A DNA stretch of 64,000 nucleotides from a virus: IMG/VR virus record IMGVR_UViG_3300035698_022389, positions 1 to 64,000 of that record; one strand, given 5' to 3'. Numbering within the stretch: the stretch's first letter is position 1; every line of letters begins with the position of its first letter. This document shows, in pieces, positions 55,776-64,000 of the stretch. Position numbers and translations under genes: made by a program. The notes beneath the pieces are model-generated. The model saw nothing but the letters and a program-made list of their open reading frames with translations, was not told the DNA's origin and did not search any database.

Positions 55776-55989
55776 GTCAGTGATTTCAGGTACTTACAAA
55801 CCTGAGTGACACAACTTGAAAACCTTCTTGGGTCTTGGTATTCTGACTCAAGGAGGTTTTCTTATGGGTGGTCCAAAATCAAAAGCAACCAAAGAAGAAA
55901 AATTACGGTAGCATTTCACACAGAGGAGCTTTATGATAATGTTGATTATCATAAAGGTCGGTTGGTGCAGGCGGGCATTCTTTCAAGAT

Positions 55990-56021
55990 AAAACCCCCTG
56001 GGAATATTCCCAGGGGGTTTT
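55990..56021. terminator. Perfect 32-bp palindrome, probable bidirectional terminator
   Basis: AAAACCCCCTGGGAATATTCCCAGGGGGTTTT between convergent genes. Confidence 0.8.
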
Positions 56022-56038
56022 TGGTCTCCAATTGAGTT

Positions 56039-57352
56039 TTATTTACCGAAGCCTACTTCTTTCAGTTGTTTTTGCAGTTGTTTTTGCATCTGCTTTTTTG
56101 AAGCTTGGACGGCTTCCACACTTTTTGCAAGGCCTAGTGTTATCGCATGTGTGATTATCTCTGCACGAGTATATCCTGTGTTTTTTTCTAGCAGCTTGAT
56201 CTTTTCATGGGTGTCCAGAGTAAGTCCCATTGTGATTTCTGGACGAGGTTTCGTAATAGGGGTAGTCATATCAAGGATAGCCACGGCAGGTTTTACGACA
56301 GGAACCACGAGGGATTTCACGACAGGAACCACGATGGATTTCACGGTGGGTTCTAGTTTGAGGCTTTTTTTCGGGATCATAGCTACGTTGGACAAATTTT
56401 TGTTGTGCATCCATATCACAAACTCCTTTAATGCTGAGTGTACTGAATGCATTGTTGAGTCAGCGTATCTTAATTGTATAACATTGAAATGTTGTACAAT
56501 TGAGTTGCCTGTGATGTCCTTAATTTTAGTGTCTTTTCCTACCGTTTCCATGAAATCAAGAATTCTTGATTTGTGTTTTTTGATGTTGGCTGGTCTAGTT
56601 TTTTTGACTCTGACAGGCAGATCCCTGAAATATGCTTTGATCACAGCTTGCAGAGTGATCTCTGGCACTGTAACCGGGGCAATGGCATCGGCTTGAGCAG
56701 TATCGGCCTTGCCTTCGGTTGTGGCTGTAGCGTCGGCAGCAGTGGTAATTTTATCCTTTTTTGAGGTAAATTGGAATGTGATTTTTCTTTGTTCGTTGTT
56801 AGTGTTTTTTGGTCCCATGATTTTTTTTACATCTCCGTTATTAATAAGTTGTGTGATACCTTTTTGTGCATCCTCTTCTGAGATTTTGAAAAAGGCTGTT
56901 ATATCGTTAAGTTCTGGGGTTTTGGGGTATCTGTGACCTTTTTTCACCCCGTTGGAACAAAAACGGATATAATTTTTAATAATTTGTTTTTGCCATGAAT
57001 TTTTGAAATCGGGTGTGAACGGGTCGATTGCATAACATGCCCCGAAACAAACCCTTGCAATACGCCCACGTAGAAACGATGAGGGTTTATATTCAAGTTT
57101 TGAATCCTTTATTTCAGTGTCGATAAATTCTTTTGAGGTTAGCAATTGCATATAACTTTCTAGCTCTTTAACTCGTACCGTCCGATACCAATTTTTTGAC
57201 AATTTATCCCCTAGTGATTTTTCTTTTTTCTTTTTTTCTTTTTTTAGCATATTGTGAATTTGCTGGCTTGAAAATCTTTCCCCAAATGAGTCTCCTGCAT
57301 TAAGGATTACGGACATAATTTCGAAACTTTGTCGGTTTAAATCTTTTCTCAT
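56039..57352 (-). CDS. DNA-binding protein: integrase core-binding (SAM-like) domain without catalytic domain, plus C-terminal RHH-like segment
   Basis: IKDITGNSIVQHF...YADSTMHSVHSALKEFVIW; C-terminal ITMGLTLDTHEKIKLL...TRAEIITHAI; no R-H-x-x-R/Y motifs; (KSxVVPVV)2 repeat. Confidence 0.55.
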   Translation of the reverse strand: MRKDLNRQSFEIMSVILNAGDSFGERFSSQQIHNMLKKEKKKKEKSLGDKLSKNWYRTVRVKELESYMQLLTSKEFIDTEIKDSKLEYKPSSFLRGRIARVCFGACYAIDPFTPDFKNSWQKQIIKNYIRFCSNGVKKGHRYPKTPELNDITAFFKISEEDAQKGITQLINNGDVKKIMGPKNTNNEQRKITFQFTSKKDKITTAADATATTEGKADTAQADAIAPVTVPEITLQAVIKAYFRDLPVRVKKTRPANIKKHKSRILDFMETVGKDTKIKDITGNSIVQHFNVIQLRYADSTMHSVHSALKEFVIWMHNKNLSNVAMIPKKSLKLEPTVKSIVVPVVKSLVVPVVKPAVAILDMTTPITKPRPEITMGLTLDTHEKIKLLEKNTGYTRAEIITHAITLGLAKSVEAVQASKKQMQKQLQKQLKEVGFGK

Positions 57353-57396
57353 TTTTTTAGTCCTTTTATTTTAAGTCCAAAAATTGGTCATGTCTA

Positions 57397-57436
57397 TTAG
57401 TCATAAGGTCTTAGTCATAAGGTCTTAGTCATAAGG
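57397..57436 (+). repeat. 14-bp tandem repeat, about 2.9 copies (TTAGTCATAAGGTC)
   Basis: Read directly; abuts the right end of the second tnpB remnant. Confidence 0.9.
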
Positions 57437-57762
57437 GATTTGAACTGTTAACCCTACTGGTTAACAATGGCCCTTTTCTTGCTTCATAGATAATAGTTTC
57501 GTCCTTGCTTGCCCAAAGGGCATTGCAGTGACCTGAGCTCTCATCTCCACAAGCATTTATCCTCTCTGAATGACTTTCAGCGAGTTGTTTTAATTTAATT
57601 GAAGCATTTAAATCACAATCCATCTTTAACCCACACTCCAAACATTCATAAACCCGTTCCTATAATGTCAGGTCCTTTTTGACAGGTCCTTTTTGACATT
57701 ACCACATCCTGAACAAGTTTTGGAACTCGGGTAAAACCGATCGGCCTTAATTACTTCTACCC
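57426..57762 (-). pseudogene. tnpB: Second tnpB 3' fragment with right end / omegaRNA region
   Basis: Minus strand reads EVIKADRFYPSSKTCSGCGNVKKDL, then a 14-bp duplication (57669-57696) and TAG, then ERVYECLECG..DCDLNAS. Closely similar to 47613-47842. Confidence 0.82.
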
Positions 57763-57817
57763 GCAAAAAAATATATTATCCAAACAAAATAAAAAAATAA
57801 TAAAAAAATGTTTTAAC

Positions 57818-57847
57818 TTGACAGTAATGTGACACCTAATGTAGTAT
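57818..57847 (+). promoter_or_regulatory. Sigma70-like promoter for the T5orf172-MerR / VIT-vWA pair
   Basis: TTGACA-N18-TAGTAT preceded by an A-rich UP-like tract; AGGAGG RBS follows. Confidence 0.6.
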
Positions 57848-57864
57848 ATTTTTAGGAGGTACTT

Positions 57865-58551
57865 ATGGATTACATTTATTTTTTACATGATCGTACATCT
57901 AATGCTATCAAAATTGGATGCTCAAAATATCCAGAACAACGGATGAGGGAAATTCAAATAATGATTCCTGGTGATGCCTTTCCTTTGAGGTATGTTGAAG
58001 TGGCTGGGAATGGGTTTGATGTTGAGCGTACTTTACATATGAAGTTTCGGGGGATTCGGATAAAAGGAGAGTGGTTTAAAGCAACACCTGAGCTTTTGGA
58101 TTTTGCTGAATCAGGAGTTCTTCCTAATTCTACAAAAGTTGAAGTAGTTTTAACACCTTCAACTCGTGTGTCTGTCCCACGGTTATCTTTGAAAGAGCTA
58201 ACTGCTCAAACAAAGGTGGCAGCTAGGACTGTCCGTTATTATGTTTCTGAGGGGTTACTAAAACCTCCTGTTACTTCGGGGAAGTACGCTAAATATACAG
58301 AGGAGCATATTAAAACTATTAATGATATTCAAAACATGCAAGAGGAAGGGATGTCTTTGGGAGAGATAAGACAACGAATTTCACCTGCGGAGTTAGTTAT
58401 AGATATTCACAAGAAAAGGGCAACCTGTGTTACTCCTGTTGTAGGAGTGAAAATGATAATTGATGAAGATGTCCCATCACATATCAGTCATGCATTTATT
58501 AAGGCTGTGGTAGATGCAGCCAAGACATTACCAACATACAAAGGAGATTGA
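57865..58551 (+). CDS. T5orf172/MUG113-like GIY-YIG domain fused to a MerR-type HTH
   Basis: YIYFL...IKIGCS..PEQR...LH..F...RIKGEWF; LKELT....AARTVRYYVSEGLLKPP...YTEEH. Confidence 0.75.
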   Translation: MDYIYFLHDRTSNAIKIGCSKYPEQRMREIQIMIPGDAFPLRYVEVAGNGFDVERTLHMKFRGIRIKGEWFKATPELLDFAESGVLPNSTKVEVVLTPSTRVSVPRLSLKELTAQTKVAARTVRYYVSEGLLKPPVTSGKYAKYTEEHIKTINDIQNMQEEGMSLGEIRQRISPAELVIDIHKKRATCVTPVVGVKMIIDEDVPSHISHAFIKAVVDAAKTLPTYKGD

Positions 58552-58552
58552 A

Positions 58553-61033
58553 ATGAGACACTTTATGGAAGAATCTGTAGGAAACGTCCTGACAGAAGCA
58601 GGGACGGGGCTAACTATCCCGCTCACAATGCAGAGGCTGGATTTGGTTGGCCGAGTGACCCCAGTAGGAGCAATGCTTCGGGTAACTCATCGGTTCAAGA
58701 CTGAGGGGCAGATTGAGCCTATGGAGGCCCTTTATACATTTATGTTGCCCCGTAATGGCACACTCAGACGATTCATCGTTAAAGGTGAAAATTTCAAGGT
58801 GGAATCCAAACTCGAACCTCGTGCAGAAGCTCGTGAAGCATATGAAGAAGGCATGGAAGCAGGGCATTTATCGGTATTGGCTGAAGCCAATCAGGATGGC
58901 ATGGTTTCTTTGTCTGTTGGTCAAGTGCAGCCTGATGAAATCATAACTGTTGTTATGGATATAGTGTCAGGTGTTGAAATCAAAGACAATATTTACCGTT
59001 TTCGTTTTCCCTTCACTCTGGCTCCCAGCTATCATGCTCGTGCAATAGTTACTTCAACCAAAGACGACGGGAAGATGACATTACCTTCGGATGTATTTGG
59101 TGACATTATACTTCCTGAATGGAAAAATGATGCTTCTGGTCTTCATCGGGTATCTTTCAGAATGAATGTTGAAGCTGCCGGCAAACTAGATTCAGTATCG
59201 TCTCCATCTCACAGGATTCTGGTCCGACCGAGTGGCGAAGGTTCTGCCGAAATTGAATTGTCAGGTACAGGAGATGTTCCAAACCGTGATCTGGTGATTG
59301 ATGTGCAGGCAAAAGAAGTTGAAGCTTCTGTGTTTGCTGATGCCAAGTTGGTTTCCAAGAAATCCAGCAAAGATGACCCCAAGGTTATGAAGGGTGCATC
59401 TCGATGGACGGTTGTTGTCCCATCGAGCCTGCTCCCTAAATCAAAGAAAGTTTCCAGAAAAGTCTGTTTCGTCTTGGATGACTCTGGTTCAATGGGTGGT
59501 CAGCCAATTGAACAGGCAAAATTGGCAGTCCGAGCCTGTTTATCGGCTCTTAGGCCAACAGATGAATTTGGTTTGATTTACTTTGGGTCAAGCTACACCG
59601 TTTTCGATGCTAAAATGGCTAAGGCCACAGATGTAAGTCGGAAACGTGCTGACCAATTTATCAGTAGAATACATGCAGGCAGTGGTGGAACCAATTTGGC
59701 TGATGCTCTTGGTGCTGCTATTAGTGTTCTGGGTGGTTCTGGTGGGGATATTTTCTTGATGACAGATGGCCAAGTGTTTGAAACAGGCACTATTGTTGAG
59801 CAATGTGCTGCAGCAGGGGCGAAAGTTCATGTTTTGGGCATTGGTTCAGCCAGCCAAGACAGGTTTCTTTCCAGCCTTGCTCGTCGGAGTCATGGTGTAC
59901 AGAAGATGGTGGGTGTGACTGAAGATGTGACAGCCAGCTCTTTGGAGTTATTCAATGCTGTTAGACGGCCCATTCAGATTGACCTGAAGGCATATGTTAC
60001 AGGCAAGAAGATGTCTCAGGAACATCAGGTTGATACCATTTGGGATGGTTATCCTGTATTGCTGACAGATGATGGTACTACAGGTCTGAATCTCCCACAA
60101 ACCGTGACGTTTACTTGGGGCTGTGGTAAATCAGTTAAGAAGGTCAAAGTTCCTGTGAACTGTATTCAAGAAGTTCCAAATGGTTTGTCTGGTCTTTTAC
60201 ATGCGGGACGACAGGTGGAAGACCTTGAGGCTGCTTTGGATGCTGCTCTGAAAGATGGCCCTGAGAAAAAAAATATAGAAGCTCTCCTGAAGGTTGTTTC
60301 CATAAGTTATGGATTGGCCAGCCGGTTGATGTCTTTGATAGCCATCGTAAAACGTGCTGGTGACCAAGCAGGCACACAGGTGAAACAACAGGTCGTTGCT
60401 GTGGGTATCCCTGAAGGAATGGGTGGTGCAGGTATATTCCGTGGGTGTGGTGGCCAATCTTTTAGTTCCTATGTTCCTGTTAGTTCCTGTGTTTCTGAAA
60501 GCATCCTGAATTATGGTGCTTCTGAAAGCATCCTGAGTTATGGTGCTTCTGAAAGCATCCTGAGTTATAGTGCTTCTATGGACGGGATGGGACAGGAACC
60601 CGTGGAAGCTTCTTCTCTAAGAGGTTTTCAGATGAAGGGTGTTTGTGACTTTGCTGTTACGGACACCGATGATATCGTGGACAATCCCTCTGAATTGTTT
60701 GGGTCTTTGACAAAATTACAATCTGATGGTGGTTTGCCTGGTGAAACTCGGAAGAAACGTGCTCATGAGACTGTGATTCTGGCATTGGCAGCTTATATGT
60801 CTGATAAAGACAGTGATGCTCCCAAGTACAATCTCCACATTGAACGGATGCTGGAATTCTTGAATCATTATCTTGACTTGAATGTTGGGAAAGACCCCGA
60901 CATGGCCAAAATGGTTGGAATCATTGAGGTAGGGCTGGTTCGGGTGAATGAGGAATGTATGCAAATCCTTAGAAATCCCCTGGCAGGTGACCCTGAAACT
61001 AATTGGGTTCGGCTGTCAAGTGTTCTAGTTTGA
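58553..61033 (+). CDS. VIT + von Willebrand factor A domain protein
   Basis: VIT-like EALYTFMLP...AREAYEEGMEAGH; MIDAS VLDDSGSM, GGTNL, FLMTDGQ; AAGGAG RBS. Confidence 0.85.
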   Translation: MRHFMEESVGNVLTEAGTGLTIPLTMQRLDLVGRVTPVGAMLRVTHRFKTEGQIEPMEALYTFMLPRNGTLRRFIVKGENFKVESKLEPRAEAREAYEEGMEAGHLSVLAEANQDGMVSLSVGQVQPDEIITVVMDIVSGVEIKDNIYRFRFPFTLAPSYHARAIVTSTKDDGKMTLPSDVFGDIILPEWKNDASGLHRVSFRMNVEAAGKLDSVSSPSHRILVRPSGEGSAEIELSGTGDVPNRDLVIDVQAKEVEASVFADAKLVSKKSSKDDPKVMKGASRWTVVVPSSLLPKSKKVSRKVCFVLDDSGSMGGQPIEQAKLAVRACLSALRPTDEFGLIYFGSSYTVFDAKMAKATDVSRKRADQFISRIHAGSGGTNLADALGAAISVLGGSGGDIFLMTDGQVFETGTIVEQCAAAGAKVHVLGIGSASQDRFLSSLARRSHGVQKMVGVTEDVTASSLELFNAVRRPIQIDLKAYVTGKKMSQEHQVDTIWDGYPVLLTDDGTTGLNLPQTVTFTWGCGKSVKKVKVPVNCIQEVPNGLSGLLHAGRQVEDLEAALDAALKDGPEKKNIEALLKVVSISYGLASRLMSLIAIVKRAGDQAGTQVKQQVVAVGIPEGMGGAGIFRGCGGQSFSSYVPVSSCVSESILNYGASESILSYGASESILSYSASMDGMGQEPVEASSLRGFQMKGVCDFAVTDTDDIVDNPSELFGSLTKLQSDGGLPGETRKKRAHETVILALAAYMSDKDSDAPKYNLHIERMLEFLNHYLDLNVGKDPDMAKMVGIIEVGLVRVNEECMQILRNPLAGDPETNWVRLSSVLV
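60494..60577 (+). repeat. 27-bp tandem repeat x3 encoding SESIL(N/S)Y(G/S)A
   Basis: Units start at 60494, 60521 and 60548. Confidence 0.93.
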
Positions 61034-61060
61034 TTCTGAAATAAAAGCTTCAATTTGTAG

Positions 61061-61096
61061 AATGGGGTGGTTTTTTACGAGACCACCCCATTTTTC
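61061..61096 (+). terminator. Rho-independent terminator
   Basis: AATGGGGTGGT...ACCACCCCATT followed by TTT. Confidence 0.75.
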
Positions 61097-61196
61097 CGTC
61101 CTGGGTGTTCGTTAGGGAGCCTATATTATAGCATTAGTTGTAAGGGTTGATGATTGTGTACCTAATTCGAGCTTTCCAATGACGGAGGTTTTTAAC

Positions 61197-62039
61197 ATGC
61201 CAAATACAGATAATAGTACTGCAAACACGGGGGTGGGCGGGACTTCGTACATGTACGATTATGGAACTAGCCCCAATACTCGAACAGCTGTCAGCCAAAA
61301 GGTTCGTATTCTGACACCTCATATGGGGAATACGACCACAATGGCTCAGATGGGTGTGCTTTCACAATTCAATCCTAGCCAGAGTCGTACCGTAGAACCT
61401 GTTCGAGGAGTTGGTTTTGGTGATCAAGTTGCTGAATTGGTGCCCTCTGTAACGGAACCAACTACAGGCAACTTTGAAAGAGCACTCTTGTACCTATGCA
61501 ACTTGTGGCAAGCCTCTGGTTATGCTTCAGGTATAGATGGTCCTGTTCGTTCTTTAGCCCATCATAAATGGCCTTTCGACATTGAACAGCAAGTTGTTTT
61601 CAGTACGTTGGCCGATGTGGACATGGGTGTACCAAATGAAGGTATTGGATTCGAGGCGGGTACTTTCCAAGGTGGTGTAGATCAAATTAAATACGGTGCG
61701 GTTACTCCAAACCCAAATGTTACTAATACTCAGGGTAACGGTGATGAGCAAGGGCATTCTGCCATTATCACTGTATATGAAGCATGTTGGTTCACCAGTT
61801 GGTCCACGACATTTGCTAAAGATTCTGGCCTTATCATGGAATCTGGTGACGTAACCGTCAGTGATGTCCATGATTTTGCTTCTGTCTATGGTGAGTTCTT
61901 GGCAACAGGTAATGATCCAACAGTTGGACAGCTTGGTTCTATTCGATATGCTGAATCCGGTTATGACGTAGCTGGTGCAGCTGGTCGTCAGACCATTGGT
62001 GCAGCTGGCCAAGGCGTTTTTGCCGTTGGTGCTACTTAA
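61197..62039 (+). CDS. Tail tube protein
   Basis: GGAGG RBS; RGVGFGDQVAELVP, KWPFDIEQ, TVYEACWFTSWS...IMESGDVTV typical of contractile-tail tube proteins; follows the sheath. Confidence 0.75.
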   Translation: MPNTDNSTANTGVGGTSYMYDYGTSPNTRTAVSQKVRILTPHMGNTTTMAQMGVLSQFNPSQSRTVEPVRGVGFGDQVAELVPSVTEPTTGNFERALLYLCNLWQASGYASGIDGPVRSLAHHKWPFDIEQQVVFSTLADVDMGVPNEGIGFEAGTFQGGVDQIKYGAVTPNPNVTNTQGNGDEQGHSAIITVYEACWFTSWSTTFAKDSGLIMESGDVTVSDVHDFASVYGEFLATGNDPTVGQLGSIRYAESGYDVAGAAGRQTIGAAGQGVFAVGAT

Positions 62040-62265
62040 TCCAGGCTTTCCTTGATTGCTTGGGTAAAGTACAGGTAAACCTGGGATACAACCCAGCAGC
62101 CTGTTAAGACAAACAGATGGACAGATGGACAACAACTTGAGCTTTTTTCCCTCCTTCTTTTTTTGGGGGTGGTCTGACTTACCTATTGAAACTAACAGAC
62201 AAGCTCAAACTTGTGCTATCCAGGGCTGCGAGGTTGTTTCCTTTAACAGAAAGGGAATAACGATA

Positions 62266-63600
62266 ATGGAACAAATTACACTTGACGCTCTGGAGAGTGC
62301 TCTTGCCCCTATCGAAGCCATCGGTAAAAGTGAGATAACTTTCGACGTTCTGGGGACGAAATCAAACCCTGGTACACCCGTCACACTACGAATTCTTCTC
62401 CCTGAAGAAGAGATTATAGCTCAGAGATATGCTTCTGAAGCTTTGGCAGATACCAACGAAAAGAAAACTCATGATGCCTTAGAGTATCTGGAGCGTTTCA
62501 AGGTTGGTATCTTGTCGTATTCTATCGTGGCTGTCGGCTCCCTTGATTTCCATGATGTAGATTACATTGCCACAGGGGAAATTCTGGAGAACGGCCAAGC
62601 TGTCAAAGAACCCAAACATTTGGCCATGAGAAAACTCCTTTTCCGATGGACTCAAGATATTAGAACTAGGATGCTCAACAAATACAATGAGTTACTGCTC
62701 AAAGTGGAGTTGAAGTCCGAGAAAGCTATTGTTTTCGACCCTGTAGACCTGGCAACAGAGATTGAACGGGTTGAGAAACGGCTGGGAGAATTGAAGAAGG
62801 CTCAGGAGAAAGATAGCAGTATTACTACTTCGGCTATCCATGATCAAGTGAAAGAGATTGCAGAGCTTGATAAAGCAGATAGTCGAGACCGTAGGGCTGC
62901 CGTTGATGCAATGGCCTCAAAACGGGCTGGTGTCGCCCCACAGGTAGATGAAGATGTAGCTTTACCTGAAAATGTGGATGCCTCTCCTGCACTGGGTCCC
63001 CAACGAACAGAATCAGTTGAGTTGAAGCCTGCTGTCTTCCATGAAGCAGCCACCCCACCTCCTGAGCGAGCGGTGGAGCAACAAGTAGTTCCAACACCAC
63101 CTATCACTCAGGAAGCGCCCCAAACACAGCCTGTTGAGAATACAGAACCTCCATTACCTGTATGGGAGGATGACTCTTTCGTGGATGCCAGTGATGTTGA
63201 TGGGATGAAGGCTGCTGTTCATGCTGAAAACCAGAGACTTTTGGCAGCTAGACGTGGGCAAGTTCCTCCTGACCAAGGAGCTTTAAATACCATGAGGGCA
63301 GAGCAAGCTGCCAAAGGCCAGCCTGTGATGCGTCCTGGTGTACAACCTCCTCATATTGGAGCTAAGGCCGTAGCAGATGGATTAGAGTCCGAAGAAACCC
63401 AGATTCTGGATGCTTCACGGAAAGCTCTGAAAGAATCCTCTGGTAAAATAGGTGATACAGATGTTTATCGTCAGCCCGTTGAAATTTTGGATAGAATGGA
63501 GCCAACCAAACCTGCTCCACAGCAACCGGCAGTTTTGAATAGTGGCCCTGCAACTCAATCTGTCAACCCGAGGTTCCAACCTGTTAATCGAAAGCCATAG
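62266..63600 (+). CDS. Probable tail assembly chaperone with Pro/Ala-rich extension
   Basis: After the tube gene; VTLRILLPEEEI...YLERFKVGILSYSIVAVG...MLNKYNEL pattern. Confidence 0.55.
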   Translation: MEQITLDALESALAPIEAIGKSEITFDVLGTKSNPGTPVTLRILLPEEEIIAQRYASEALADTNEKKTHDALEYLERFKVGILSYSIVAVGSLDFHDVDYIATGEILENGQAVKEPKHLAMRKLLFRWTQDIRTRMLNKYNELLLKVELKSEKAIVFDPVDLATEIERVEKRLGELKKAQEKDSSITTSAIHDQVKEIAELDKADSRDRRAAVDAMASKRAGVAPQVDEDVALPENVDASPALGPQRTESVELKPAVFHEAATPPPERAVEQQVVPTPPITQEAPQTQPVENTEPPLPVWEDDSFVDASDVDGMKAAVHAENQRLLAARRGQVPPDQGALNTMRAEQAAKGQPVMRPGVQPPHIGAKAVADGLESEETQILDASRKALKESSGKIGDTDVYRQPVEILDRMEPTKPAPQQPAVLNSGPATQSVNPRFQPVNRKP

Positions 63601-63603
63601 CCT

Positions 63604-64000
63604 ATGGGAATGTTGCCGACGACAACTCCCGAGCAACGGGCAGCGTTCTATGAGGACGTTGAAGATTTCACCAGTGTGGGATTTATATCTCATTCATTGA
63701 GTCTTGCAGGTGCTCGTTTGTCATTTCGGTCTTTGTCTGCTGGAGATTTGTTTTTAATTAGAACCCATGGTGATGACGAGGATTGGCAGGCATGGATGGT
63801 AGCTTCTTCTATCTGGATGGTGGATGGTTTCAGCCTTCTGGGAGAAACTAATTCTCCATATCATATCCATAAAATGTTGAAAGACATACCTCGGTCAACA
63901 ATGGCTATTTTGTTCAGTATTGTTAAGGGGTTGTTTTCTCGGCAGGATCAAGCTATCGGAGCAGTTGAGGCATATTGTTATGAAAATGCTTCACGTTTTC
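63604..64000 (+). CDS. Partial ORF, probably a second tail chaperone-like protein, truncated by the window end
   Basis: MGMLPTTTPEQRAAFYEDVEDF...LSFRSL...SSIWMVDG..., open to the edge; in frame with the upstream gene. Confidence 0.55.
   Translation, partial: MGMLPTTTPEQRAAFYEDVEDFTSVGFISHSLSLAGARLSFRSLSAGDLFLIRTHGDDEDWQAWMVASSIWMVDGFSLLGETNSPYHIHKMLKDIPRSTMAILFSIVKGLFSRQDQAIGAVEAYCYENASRF

Noticed and set aside
55806-56154. Small ORFs after the sheath gene (55806..55991, 55933..56154)
   Set aside because: Mutually overlapping, one crosses the terminator palindrome, no motifs; cannot pick a real gene.
56039-57352. Functional integrase implying a prophage boundary
   Set aside because: No catalytic R-K-H-R-H-Y motifs; virion genes continue on both sides; no att repeat seen.
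1-64000. Genome-wide stop-codon reassignment
   Set aside because: Long genes read through in code 11, and TAA, TAG and TGA all end well-supported genes.

Overview
This window is the virion-morphogenesis region of a large tailed bacteriophage with a contractile tail (myovirus-like). It uses genetic code 11, AGGAGG-type RBSs and sigma70-like promoters, and almost everything is on the + strand. Gene order: intein-containing terminase (5' end missing), intein-containing portal, an HD-domain protein, a 2,531-aa multi-enzyme polyprotein (2H phosphoesterase, CCA-type nucleotidyltransferase, two HExxH peptidase-like domains, type IB topoisomerase), acidic scaffold-like proteins, prohead protease, head decoration protein, major capsid protein, a LAGLIDADG-methyltransferase fusion, three paralogous structural proteins, a neck-like gene broken into three ORFs by two atypically split inteins, a cluster of small ORFs sharing an 'LRKHLVPLLK' peptide, neck and tail-completion genes, an actin-like ATPase, IS200/IS605 tnpB remnants, a 1,776-aa tail sheath, an accessory island (integrase core-binding-like protein, T5orf172-MerR fusion, VIT-vWA protein), tail tube and tail chaperone-like genes. 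Best leads: (1) a three-piece gene needing two orthogonal protein trans-splicing reactions; (2) a recurring peptide tag and linker code on probable capsid-packaged cargo proteins, with DNA evidence of shuffling; (3) the RNA-repair/topoisomerase polyprotein; (4) a tnpB/omegaRNA remnant sitting inside an inverted repeat, one arm of which also lies in an intein split gap. All functional calls come from motif recognition by eye; no database searches were run. No tRNA, rRNA or CRISPR array was seen.
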